Source of the DNA: an uncultured Lachnospiraceae bacterium
GTDB lineage: Bacteria > Bacillota > Clostridia > Lachnospirales > Lachnospiraceae
Assembly (NCBI GenBank): GCA_947631505.1
Contig: CANRLR010000011.1
Coordinates: 12,063-76,062, forward strand
Direction: 5' to 3'
Length of the DNA: 64,000 bases
Positions 17,787-28,300 of the stretch are shown piece after piece. The translations under genes and the position numbers were made by a program. The notes under the pieces are model-generated. The model saw only the letters and a list, made by a program, of their open reading frames with translations, had not been told where the DNA came from and ran no database searches. Position 1 is the stretch's first letter. Every line of letters begins with the position of its first letter.

Positions 17787-20191
17787 CCAACATCACCTGT
17801 CTTTTGATTGACCAACTCATGAAAGTCTGTATTAAATAACTGATACAAATTGGATTCTTTGTTTACCGTATTATCAAAGGGTACGATCTTTTTCCCAAAA
17901 CGAATCAGTCCGCAGCCTTTTTTTGCACCATTGACATATTCAGCTTGTTTATCCGACAATTCAAAGATACCACTTACATCTTCTTTATCCATTACTCCCT
18001 GATCAAGAAGTAATGTAAACTCACTGTTCGATATCATTGTCATAATTTCTTTATTATCAATAGCTTCTGTGATGTTCTGCGTCATTCCGGTACAAAGACC
18101 ACCGCGTTTTCGGACTTCACGCCACAACTTTTTTACTGCGGAAAGTGAATATTCGTCTTCCCACAGCTCATGAATCTCATCCACATATACCCATGTAGCA
18201 ACACCCTGCATCTGATTATATTTTATTTTACTGGTAATGCTCTCAATCATAACGAGCATTGCCATGGAACGCATTCGTTTTCCTAATTCCGAAAAACCAT
18301 ATACGGTAAGACGATTCCCCGAAGAAACCGACTGCTGTCTGGAAAAGATGTCAAGTGTTCCCTCTGAGAATACTTCCAGTTGGAAATAAATATCCTGTGC
18401 CTCCGGATTACAAATCTCTTCTTTTATGAGGTCTCTCATAGTGGAAATCGTAGGACTGGTAGTATAGGCAAAGGTCTCCCTTTCTTTCTTCTTTGTCCGG
18501 TTGTATTGCTCAAAATACTGTTGATACATAGTTCTCACTGCCCGGTCAATGACAGCGATGTGTTTACTGGATAGCGGTGTCGGCTTTAATGCCTGTTCAC
18601 ATATCGCATAGGCGAACTCTGCTTTTTCTGCAATGAACTTGTCTTTATCCGGAACTCTGTCTGGCACATGAAAGGGATTAGAATAATAAACATTTTCCTC
18701 ACTTTGAGAAAGATTATAATAAGCTCCTTCCCATTCCTGTGTAATATTCCGATATTCTCCCATAGGGTCAATAATTTCAATATCATCTTCCGTAAAGGCA
18801 AGTACCTGACCCATTTCCGTCTTCTCATTGAAAGATTTTCCACTTCCCGGAACACCAAAAACCATTCCATTCCCATTTTTTAATTCTTTTCGATTACCAA
18901 GAATCAAATTTTTTGTAACTTCATTGACACCATAATAAAAACCACCCTTATCTTGTATCTCCTGTACATTAAAGGGTGCAAAGATGGAAAGGGAATCCGT
19001 TTTCAGAATCCGCATAGTTTCGACAAATCTTGCCCCGGTGGGAAGGGTAGTGTTCATTGCGTCTAACTGATTATACGAATGCGGTACAATATCCATATTA
19101 TAAGTCTGACCGATAATCTTAATGGTTTCTTTTCGTGATTCCAGTTCCTGCATAGAATCCGCACGAATCAAAATCGTGATTCCTACATAAAAAAGACGTT
19201 CATCAAACGAGTGAATATCATCTAACATTTCTTCCAGCTCTTTTTGCTGTATCCTTTTTTCATACGATATGTTACTGGAGTAATCTCCGGCTTCGTTCTT
19301 TGCTTCCTGCTGTTTTATGATACTCCGCTCATTATTCATATACTTTTTCATTGTCAAGTTATAAGCACTGGCATTATCTAACGGTTCAATGTCAAGTGTT
19401 ATCATAACAGGAAAAGAAACATTAGTAAGCTCATTCATGAACCTGTCGGATAATCCACTGGCAAACTTTCTTACAAACATTGCACAAGCTACTTTACCCT
19501 CCTCAAATTCAAGATATTCTTTATGCTCTTTCAAGGAAACATTAATAATGTCATTCCGCCAGTCACGTCTTAGGGTAATGTATTCATCCCAGTCAAATGT
19601 AAAGTTTTCCTCTTCCCCCATTCGGTAAAAGTCATGCAGAGAACGTAACCGCAAGGAAGAATCCAGTGGTATCAAGCCACTTCCAAAGCTCCGGAAAAAC
19701 TGCATAAGAGAGAACTCTATCGTATTAAAATAATTTCTTGCGGAATCAAAATCATTTTCCCTACAGGTAATAATGTAATATTTCGATTGTTCAATACCAT
19801 TTCTTCCCGCATGAAGCCGTTCTTCAATCAATTCATGGTATTCTTTTGCTAATGGCTCTAACTCATTGCAGGAAGCCTTATGTAAAATAGATTTTCTCAG
19901 GTTCTCATTATTTACATAGTGATTACATACAATAATTTTATAACTTACATTCATAGAATTAAGCAGTTTTTTGAATTTCTTAGCCGTTACCTCCTTTTCT
20001 TCTTCATCCTGTGTAGAAAAGTTAATGTCTTCAAATAGATATGCTTTATCAAAAAGATGTCTGCCTTTTTTCTTCTCCAGTTCAAAAATTCCATTCTCTG
20101 CTATTCGATATATTGGAATCGTATCTTGAATACAATAGGGAACTTTACAAATTGGCTCTGTTAGCTGCTTATCGGTTTTATCTCTTGCCAT
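17783..20191 (-). CDS. virB4: VirB4-like conjugative ATPase
   Basis: NGMVFGVPGSGKSF, IIDPMGEY, WVYVDEIHEL, GMTQN. Confidence 0.93.
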   Translation of the reverse strand: MARDKTDKQLTEPICKVPYCIQDTIPIYRIAENGIFELEKKKGRHLFDKAYLFEDINFSTQDEEEKEVTAKKFKKLLNSMNVSYKIIVCNHYVNNENLRKSILHKASCNELEPLAKEYHELIEERLHAGRNGIEQSKYYIITCRENDFDSARNYFNTIEFSLMQFFRSFGSGLIPLDSSLRLRSLHDFYRMGEEENFTFDWDEYITLRRDWRNDIINVSLKEHKEYLEFEEGKVACAMFVRKFASGLSDRFMNELTNVSFPVMITLDIEPLDNASAYNLTMKKYMNNERSIIKQQEAKNEAGDYSSNISYEKRIQQKELEEMLDDIHSFDERLFYVGITILIRADSMQELESRKETIKIIGQTYNMDIVPHSYNQLDAMNTTLPTGARFVETMRILKTDSLSIFAPFNVQEIQDKGGFYYGVNEVTKNLILGNRKELKNGNGMVFGVPGSGKSFNEKTEMGQVLAFTEDDIEIIDPMGEYRNITQEWEGAYYNLSQSEENVYYSNPFHVPDRVPDKDKFIAEKAEFAYAICEQALKPTPLSSKHIAVIDRAVRTMYQQYFEQYNRTKKKERETFAYTTSPTISTMRDLIKEEICNPEAQDIYFQLEVFSEGTLDIFSRQQSVSSGNRLTVYGFSELGKRMRSMAMLVMIESITSKIKYNQMQGVATWVYVDEIHELWEDEYSLSAVKKLWREVRKRGGLCTGMTQNITEAIDNKEIMTMISNSEFTLLLDQGVMDKEDVSGIFELSDKQAEYVNGAKKGCGLIRFGKKIVPFDNTVNKESNLYQLFNTDFHELVNQKTGDVG

Positions 20192-21287
20192 GCTGGATAC
20201 TCCTTTCCTGCTGTCTATTCTCCCGCTCTATTTCCTGCCTGCGTTCCAATTCCAAATCGTCTGTCAAACCATAGTCAAGTGCCAATTCGAGAACGTCCCG
20301 CTCTGCTTCGGACAGTTGATGTTCCTGATGTTCCTGTTCTCTGATATGTTCTTGGCCGCAAATGGTTAATGTCTGCATTTTAGCATTATATTCATAAACA
20401 TGGTCTGATAACCATTGCTCCGGGAGAACATTATCCTTATTAATCATTTTTACATTTTCCTGTAATTCCATATAGTCCATATCCGTAAATGCTTTGACAA
20501 CAATAATTACTTCATGAACGGAAGACGGCAAAACAAAGTAATCGCCACCTACTTTTTCTGCTATCCTTTTTTGCAGTTCAGGATTTATGATTTCAGCTGC
20601 TCCGTCTACAAATTCCGGATTCGATACTACCAGCAAGGAATCAGATTCCACATCCAGCATATCATCCTCATATAAGCTCCATTCTTTTTCCGGAAAAAAC
20701 AATTTGAGTGATTCCCATAACGGTATTAGTGTAGCCCTGTTCTCCTGTATCATATTGGCAATAGCCGTATCATGAAGTTGTTCTTTAGATATTCCATAAG
20801 CAGAAAGCATTTTATTAGTTATGGTAATGGCACTCACTCCCTCGCTGTTTCTTTCCAAAATAATTTTATACATAACTGCCAAATCCTGATAATCTGTGTA
20901 CGGCTTATCCTGCAGATAGTCTTTGTTTCTTTCTTTATTAATTAATCGGCAGGTGACCCGATTCTTTACCATATTCCAATCTGATACCATTGACAAGATA
21001 CCTTCTGCTTCTTTAATATCCATAACACCTGAATTTCTTACCACATCTGCAACATAGCGAACGACCGAATTCATATCCAGTCCATTTTCCATATATTGTT
21101 CATAAAGAGACTGCAAACCAACGCTGATTCCGGTTCTCTCTTCCCCTCTCCAAATACTTATACGGTCATTATTCGTATCATTAATACCATAGGAAGTAAC
21201 GGTATCCATCTTATAACTCTCTTTCTCATTCGTAAAATATTGGTTCAAATTTCCCTTTAAGGATAAAATAAACTCTTCGTAACTCAT
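20178..21287 (-). CDS. DUF5688-like protein
   Basis: RLINKERN..YL.DKPY, DLAVMYKI, YFVLPSSVHEVIIV. Confidence 0.75.
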   Translation of the reverse strand: MSYEEFILSLKGNLNQYFTNEKESYKMDTVTSYGINDTNNDRISIWRGEERTGISVGLQSLYEQYMENGLDMNSVVRYVADVVRNSGVMDIKEAEGILSMVSDWNMVKNRVTCRLINKERNKDYLQDKPYTDYQDLAVMYKIILERNSEGVSAITITNKMLSAYGISKEQLHDTAIANMIQENRATLIPLWESLKLFFPEKEWSLYEDDMLDVESDSLLVVSNPEFVDGAAEIINPELQKRIAEKVGGDYFVLPSSVHEVIIVVKAFTDMDYMELQENVKMINKDNVLPEQWLSDHVYEYNAKMQTLTICGQEHIREQEHQEHQLSEAERDVLELALDYGLTDDLELERRQEIERENRQQERSIQHGKR

Positions 21288-21412
21288 GATTCTTCCTCCT
21301 CTCTTTTTCTTTTCCTGATTGCTTCTTCATAAGATATTATCCGTTTCCTATTCCTCTTCTTGTCAAACTCTTCATACTCTGCTATTATCTTTTCTAATTT
21401 ATTTTCTTTCAT
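21284..21412 (-). CDS. Unannotated 42-aa charged protein
   Basis: MKENKLEKIIAEYEEFDKKRNRKRIISYEEAIRKRKREEEES; overlaps the prgI end, and its stop overlaps the next ATG (ATGA). Confidence 0.45.
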   Translation of the reverse strand: MKENKLEKIIAEYEEFDKKRNRKRIISYEEAIRKRKREEEES

Positions 21413-21794
21413 TTTGCGTTCTCCTTTCTTCGATTCGGATTAGAATTCTTTCAATTCCTTTTGCCTGTGTTTCTGTTACCGCCATTTCTTTTTCTCCCTG
21501 CCTGCTACAGAACATAAGCGGTTTCTGTCGGCAAAGTTTCATTTTCTTTCGGATAATGGCAAGAAGTGTCATTCCATTCTGCGAATAAAATCCACATAAA
21601 CCAATTACGGCAATGACTGGAATACACAAAGTAATTGCAATATTAACATTTACACCACAAACAAAAACCATAACAAATACACTTCCGGCACCAAGGATAA
21701 AAGCAGATAGCCCATAAATACATTCTCGGAGTGTTAATCCCTTAAAAAAATCATCTTTTATCGCTCCAATATCCTGATTAATCTCTTTATTCAT
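21399..21794 (-). CDS. prgI: PrgI-family (VirB3-like) membrane protein
   Basis: EINQDI....DDFFKGLTLRECIY, two TM segments, near virB4. Confidence 0.85.
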   Translation of the reverse strand: MNKEINQDIGAIKDDFFKGLTLRECIYGLSAFILGAGSVFVMVFVCGVNVNIAITLCIPVIAVIGLCGFYSQNGMTLLAIIRKKMKLCRQKPLMFCSRQGEKEMAVTETQAKGIERILIRIEERRTQNERK

Positions 21795-21808
21795 GTTTTT
21801 TTCACCTC

Positions 21809-22630
21809 CTATAAGTTAAATGCCTTTTGCATAACGGCTTCTACCCCTTTAACGGCACTCGTAATAGACGCCATTTTTATACAGTATTGCACTAGTATAA
21901 CAATGGAACTTTCACTTTCAATTGAAACCGTCTGGATAAAGGTTGTGCTAAGAATGATAGCCATTGCAACGAGCAGAATTTCCAGTGCATAGCCGAAAAA
22001 TGTTTTAATATAAGAATATCCTACCTGTGACAGTTGTCCTCCGGCTGCCAGTGTAGAAAGTGCCACGCTGCAAAATGGGGCTATCATAAAAATTTTCAAG
22101 AAACGTTTCAAAACCGCCATGACAATCAGGAATCCACACACCGCTGCGAACAGAAAGAACAAAAAGGAAGTCAGAAAAACTGTAATATTTCCCCAAGGTG
22201 TACTTTGAATATTTTCATATATTTTTGCTCCATCAATGTAAAAACCGAATTTTTTTGTTCCTAAAATGGCACTGCTTAAATCTCTCGCCCATTTCAGAAA
22301 ATCCGGAAGCCAACTAAACACAAAGGTCACTACATTAACTACAAGGACCAAACGAATAAAAAGTTTAATTGTCCGGTCTAATGTCATTTCTGTATGCAAA
22401 TCAGTGCATTCTTTACAAAAACCATAAAGAAAAAACAAAGTAGTCAGAACTCCCGCCAATAGATTCATAGTCTTATACACATTAGTAACATCTGTCCATG
22501 TGTCGGCATAAACTCCATTGGTTGGATTTTTCAGCATAACACCACTAGCAAATTTCATCATGTCATTCCATGCATATCCAGCCAGTTCATAGAAAGTTTC
22601 TCCACTAAAAAAATCTAACAAGGTATTCAC
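21809..22630 (-). CDS. VirB6-like polytopic membrane protein
   Basis: Multiple TM segments; RFLKIFMIAPFCSVALSTLA, YIKTFFGYALE. Confidence 0.8.
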   Translation of the reverse strand: MNTLLDFFSGETFYELAGYAWNDMMKFASGVMLKNPTNGVYADTWTDVTNVYKTMNLLAGVLTTLFFLYGFCKECTDLHTEMTLDRTIKLFIRLVLVVNVVTFVFSWLPDFLKWARDLSSAILGTKKFGFYIDGAKIYENIQSTPWGNITVFLTSFLFFLFAAVCGFLIVMAVLKRFLKIFMIAPFCSVALSTLAAGGQLSQVGYSYIKTFFGYALEILLVAMAIILSTTFIQTVSIESESSIVILVQYCIKMASITSAVKGVEAVMQKAFNL

Positions 22631-22637
22631 CTCTTTC

Positions 22638-22973
22638 TCAGCTAAATGCTACTACAATTAATGGAGTTGCCATCGCGATCAAACCACCGATTACTTTCTT
22701 TATTGCTATCGCCTGTTGTGTCGTATCATGCGAAGAATACGATGTAGCAAAATCGAGAACTCCCCACGCAAGAAATATAGTTCCTACCCCGGCAACTACT
22801 GCCAACGCAATTTTCTGTATTAGGTCAATACCATTAGTTATTTCCTTTACTGCTTTATCTCCACTGTCAGCTGCAAATGCTACCACCGTGTTACTCAAAC
22901 AGACAGCCGGAGTAAGTGCTACTGCCAGCTTACCTTTTTGCTTTCTTAGAAATGTTATCATTTTTTTAATCAT
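22638..22973 (-). CDS. VirB2/TrbC-like pilin
   Basis: Leader ending VVAFA followed by two hydrophobic helices; RBS GGAGG before ATG 22973. Confidence 0.7.
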   Translation of the reverse strand: MIKKMITFLRKQKGKLAVALTPAVCLSNTVVAFAADSGDKAVKEITNGIDLIQKIALAVVAGVGTIFLAWGVLDFATSYSSHDTTQQAIAIKKVIGGLIAMATPLIVVAFS

Positions 22974-22989
22974 CTTATTTTTTCCTCCT

Positions 22990-24486
22990 TTACCGGACTC
23001 TTCCGGAATGTTTTCTTGTTTCATGCTGCCTTTTTAATTCTTCTTCCCTCTGCTTCTGCTGATAGTAGTTCAAGTCGTGTGGATTTTCCTCACCATACAG
23101 GTCATAAACAATATCATCAATGTTTTTTTTCACCTCCGGATCATGCGTAAATGTTTTATATTGGAATCCGGAACTGGAACGGTATTCTATCTCTTCTTTC
23201 ACCGCTTTTATATAATCTGCAGATGATGTGTATGGTATCATTTCCCCTATCCTGCCATTCTGAATAAAAGAAATTTCTCCCACCATTTGATTCATATATT
23301 GGGTTATTGCACTATCCGCCTGCTCTCTCTCTAAGTACATTAGCATGTTATCCCTGTCCGGAAGATGGGCTACTTGTTTCAGTGTGGAAATTGTATTTTC
23401 GATACCAGTAGACCAGCGATGAACACCAGATGTCAGGAATTCTTTACCCGCCTCCGTATAATGAATAAATTGTGTTCCGTCCCCTCTAGTATAATATCCC
23501 AAAATAGTAACCCTGTCTTTTTCCGCTACTGCCTCTGTTTTGCTATGTTCTGTTTTCTTTTCCCGAACTTGAATCTCGGTCCGTTTAAATCCGCCCTCTT
23601 CTATCAGATAATCTGATATCTTTTCAGCGTCCCGGATAGCATGGAACAGTTCGTCTGGATTATTTTCCAGTATTTCAATCCAGTTTTGTACATAAGCTTT
23701 GTGATTCTCCATCGGTGCAGAATCTATATCCGGCAGATTCAATGCCTGTGCGGTAAATGCTGAAGCAATTTCAGCCCGCAATTCCTCTTTTGCATACTCC
23801 GCAGAACCAAAGGTATTTCTTATCTCCCGATTCATCCGGCTTTCATGTCCGGTCGCATGACCAGCTTCATGGAGAAGAATTGACATATAAGCGTATTCAT
23901 TTTCAAACCGCTCGATATCCGGCATATAAATACAATCTTCGTCTGGTCGGTAAAATGCTTCTTCCTTTCCCTCTTGAAAACCAACTGCCATATTCTTCAG
24001 AAGAGCGTTTCGCATTTCCAGCAGCATTTTTTCATCTAGCATATGACGTTCGATTTCAATTTCCGGGATTCCCTCTATCTGTTCTCCATTAAATACAGTA
24101 TAGACGGAAACGGTCGGTCTCACTCTCTTATAAAACTCTTCCATGCCTAACGTATTTCTTAACTGTTCCTCCTGATCCCGGACCAGCGTCTTTTTTGTCT
24201 CCGTATCATATAGAGACCAAAATTCTATTTTTGTTCCTTTTTCACCTTTTCGTATTTGCCATCCTTTTTCGCTTGCTTGTTTAAACGTACACCATCTCGG
24301 GTCCTGATAGCCGGATTCTGCCTGACAATAGGCAAGCCAAAAAGAATTCATACCATGATAGCTGGATTGACTGACTGCATTATAAGGTCTTGCCGACAGC
24401 GAAGACCATTCTTTATGCCATGGAATAACATCTTCTTTCAAGGCTGCAAGAAAGCGATTTGCCATTTCTTCACGCATTTTGTTCAC
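22990..24486 (-). CDS. ardC: ArdC-like antirestriction protein (ssDNA-binding N-domain + zincin metallopeptidase)
   Basis: PWHKEW...PYNAVSQSSYHGMN, WCTFKQA...GWQIRKGEKG; LLHEAGHATGH, YAKEELRAEIAS. Confidence 0.85.
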   Translation of the reverse strand: MNKMREEMANRFLAALKEDVIPWHKEWSSLSARPYNAVSQSSYHGMNSFWLAYCQAESGYQDPRWCTFKQASEKGWQIRKGEKGTKIEFWSLYDTETKKTLVRDQEEQLRNTLGMEEFYKRVRPTVSVYTVFNGEQIEGIPEIEIERHMLDEKMLLEMRNALLKNMAVGFQEGKEEAFYRPDEDCIYMPDIERFENEYAYMSILLHEAGHATGHESRMNREIRNTFGSAEYAKEELRAEIASAFTAQALNLPDIDSAPMENHKAYVQNWIEILENNPDELFHAIRDAEKISDYLIEEGGFKRTEIQVREKKTEHSKTEAVAEKDRVTILGYYTRGDGTQFIHYTEAGKEFLTSGVHRWSTGIENTISTLKQVAHLPDRDNMLMYLEREQADSAITQYMNQMVGEISFIQNGRIGEMIPYTSSADYIKAVKEEIEYRSSSGFQYKTFTHDPEVKKNIDDIVYDLYGEENPHDLNYYQQKQREEELKRQHETRKHSGRVR

Positions 24487-24606
24487 TTAATATACCCCCA
24501 TTCCAATTGTAAATTATTGTTTGTTCTGTCTGCTCCGCTTGAAATTCTTTCGGAACTCCAAAGGAAAAATTCATCTTGTTTATAAAAGCTTCTTCAATTC
24601 TGTTTG

Positions 24607-25389
24607 TCAAAATGGATTCCACACATCTTCCCCCCTTTCTCTCATAAAAATTACAAGCAGCCGTTTGTCCTTACCATCCATTGTCCGGCAGGTCGATAAA
24701 GAAAAGAACTGGTACTTGTGAGAAATATCGATTCCCCGGGCCAGTTCTTTCTTAACCTTTACGGACCTTTCTGTTAAATATTTACCATGGTTCAGTAAAT
24801 ACGTTACCATCTTTACATAGTCGCTACTGTTATAAACATCTGTAAACCCATACCATTCACTGGATATGTCAGTTTCTAAAACGGATACCAAATGATATGT
24901 TTCTTTTCCTGTTTTCGTCGTAAATTCAATCGTGTCGTGTTCCTTTCCATAAAATTCTTCCCGGTACTTTTGCAAAGCACCAAAAAGACGTCCACCGTTA
25001 ATGTTATGACCATAAATAATCAGATTGTCACTCTGCAGCCGGCAGCGGTAATCTAAAAATGGCGTTCCGTAGAAACTATATTTTTTGTCAAAATCCCGGT
25101 GAAGATAATATTCCGGGTTCTCCGAAGAGCTTCCCATAACTGGATAAGAAAAGGACGTTCCCGGAATGGAAATCCATCCTATACAATTCGTGTTTCTTTT
25201 TATTAATGATTCCGCTAAAACGTCCCCCGTATGTTCCTGTTCCGATAGTTCCAAAAACAATTCTTCTGCCTTTTGTTCCAAACAATAATTTCCCAATAGA
25301 TAGCTTCCTGATACCAAAACAGCCAGTATTAGAAAAAGGAGAATCCACGTTCTCCCTTTTCTAAACACTTTCTTTTCCCTACTTATCAT
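24607..25389 (-). CDS. srtB: Class B sortase
   Basis: GWISIPGTSFSYPVM, YYLHRDF, NLIIYGHN, LSTC. Confidence 0.9.
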   Translation of the reverse strand: MISREKKVFRKGRTWILLFLILAVLVSGSYLLGNYCLEQKAEELFLELSEQEHTGDVLAESLIKRNTNCIGWISIPGTSFSYPVMGSSSENPEYYLHRDFDKKYSFYGTPFLDYRCRLQSDNLIIYGHNINGGRLFGALQKYREEFYGKEHDTIEFTTKTGKETYHLVSVLETDISSEWYGFTDVYNSSDYVKMVTYLLNHGKYLTERSVKVKKELARGIDISHKYQFFSLSTCRTMDGKDKRLLVIFMRERGEDVWNPF

Positions 25390-28300
25390 TTATTTTCACT
25401 CTTTTCCGGCTTTGGATAACCAAAGTCAGTGTCCCTGCCACTGCTGCAAAGATAAAAGCAGCAAGCAAGGTAGGTGTCACCCCACCGGTCTGTGGTACTT
25501 TTGGTGCAGGAAGTCTCTCATCCGTGATACTTATTTTCTGCACCTTTCCAGTGTCTTTCACCGTGTATTTCACAGCCTTTGCCAGCTTGTAACCCTTTGG
25601 TGCTTCCACTTCCTTAAAGGTATAGGTTTCTCCCACTGCCAGCTTCCCGGTAATGTCAGTTCCCTCTCCCTTACTGGTAAAGCTCATGACCTTTTTACCT
25701 TGACTGTCATAGACTTCAAACTTAGCGTCGGACAACCCCTGTCCGGTGTCTCCAGCCAGCTTTATCAGGCGGATTTTTGTCATTTCATCTACCATATGGA
25801 CACCTTGTACCTCTCCAGTGTCTTTGACAGTAAACTCAACATTATCTGCTGTCACATATCCATCTGCCGGTCTTGTTTCGGTCAAAATGTAGGTCTTGCC
25901 AGCCACAAGCTTCTGCTCAATCCGGTGTTTTTCTTTGGTGGATGTCCATTTTTCAATTACCTTGCCGGAATCCTTTTCCTTTATCTCCAGTTCACAGCCC
26001 GGTATCTCCTCCGAACCCGCAATATCTGTCTTAGAGACATCTATTTTGGTCGTTTCATCGACCATTTTCACCACGTTGGAATTACTAAGCACAAATGTAC
26101 CATCTTCATTTTTTAATGCCACCAGTGTTTTCCCTTTTTCCGTGGTGCTTTCCTGCAGTCTAAAAGAAATACTGTCTGCTGTCACATAGCCGTCCGCCGG
26201 TCTTGTTTCCGTCAGCGTATACTCTGTATCATGCTTTAAACCGCCAATCACAAGATGATTGCTATCGGTCATGCTGTATTTTAAGTTACAGGTTTCCAAG
26301 TCCTTATTAGTAAATTTTATGGAATCCTTATCGCCGGATATCCAAGAAACAATCTTCTCCCCGGCAGCATCTGTAATCTGCAGCTGACAGCCCGGTATTT
26401 CTTCACTGCCAGTAACGGAAGTTTTATCAATTTCAACCGAAGTCTGCTGATTGGTACGTTCCACTGTTTTTTCAATAAATGCTGTTTTTTCATCTTTGTA
26501 TTCCAAGTGCAAAGGAATTTCAGTGTTGTCGAGATAATAGCTTTCGCTTACCGATTCCTCCCTGATATAGTAATCCCCGGAATTTAAGGTTACGGCACTT
26601 CCAGTCACAGCTGCACCACTGGCAGTTACCGCAGCAGCGGACACCGCTTCCGGATATCCCTCGGACATCAATGGGAGGTCAAGGTCAGATTCTGCTTCTC
26701 CCTTTTCATCCGTACACATTGTTCCTAATTTGTCTCCGGCAGAAACAATCTTCTCCCCGGCAGCATTAAAAATGTCGTCTTTGCTGTAGACACCAAAGGT
26801 AACGTTTGGAACCGCTTCTCCGGAATCGCTGTCCGTCTTTTTCAGGTTCAGCTTTGCTTTTGCTCTCTCGTTTAAGACAGTCAGAACACCTCTTGAATCC
26901 GTGGTGTCCGTAGCATTTAATACCACAGTTTCATCCTTGTTGCTCCATGTAAATTCCACACTCCATTCCTTTTCCGGAAGAAGATAACCATAAAGTGTCT
27001 GTTTCTCCTTAACAGTGTATTTACCTAATGGGAGGTTTACGGTTACGGTGCCATTTTTATCCATGGTAAATCCGGTAATGCCATTACATTCGGATTCAAA
27101 AGAAGCTCCTTCTCCGGTTACCACCGTTCCGACCAGCTCTCCTTTCTCAAACCAGTTTGTCTTTTGGTTATCCTGCGTGGCAATATCTTCCGCAGCATAA
27201 ATTTCAAAAGTAACACCATTTAAGTAGGTTTCCTCATAGGTAAATTGTCCATCGGCATCAGAAAATCCGGTCAGCTGCTCTCCCTTTTTTAAAATAGACA
27301 GTTCGCCAGCTGTCTCGTAATTGGTGTATTCCAGTTCGACAACAGAATAGGTTGTACCGTCAGAATCAGTCTCTGTGGTGTAGTTATCCTTTTTGCTGCC
27401 AATTTCTACTGTAATGCTCGGAGTAGAAATATGATATCCGGTTGCCGTATTAATCTCATAAATTTTGTACGTTCCTGATTTTAATGCTTGATACGTCATG
27501 ATCTGCCCAGATTCATCACTGGCAAAGCGGTCCGCTGTTTCCATTTTGGAACCGTTACTGTAGGACTGTGTAACAAGATTCTCTTTCCCATCTGCAACCC
27601 GATAAATCTGATAGGTGGTTCCCGGCTTCAATACGGTCTTCTTTGTATGTCCGTCTTTTTTTACGATCCAGAGATAGGCTTTAAAAATGTTATTATTTAG
27701 ATAGTAAGTAAGTTTCTTATGGTTGTCAGTTTCACCATTTTTTCCGACCTCGATATCAAAGTCAGCTACTTTTTCAGTGTCGGCATCCCCAGTAGACACC
27801 TGATGGACCGTATAGACCCCTTTGTACAGTTCTTTGGATTCAGCAGAACCATTTTCATCCGTCGTAACCGTATCCCGGTCATAATCCGAACAGGCACTAT
27901 AGCTTCCTTTTTCTTTCAGATAAACTTGGAATACCGCTCCTTTTTCCGGTTCTAATACCCCGGTCTTTCCCTCGGAGTAAAATTTGTGAATATCTAACGA
28001 CATTTTCACCGGTTCATTTGCAATTTCCAGTGTCTTTCCATTTAAGATATACTCATTTGCAGCATAATCACTTCCATTCACGGTTATCGTGGTAACCTTA
28101 GTATTTAAACAATATCCGGACGGAGCTTTTACTTCTTTTAGATAATAGGTGCTTCCGGCTTTCAGATAATCGGTTGTGAATGTTCCGTTTTTTATTGTGT
28201 ACGTTCCCGCCATTTTCGTTGTTCCATCTGCATTGTATACTGTAGCTGCTTTGGTACAGGCAGAATCCGCATAAAGTTTAAACTGTGCCCCCTCTAAGGT

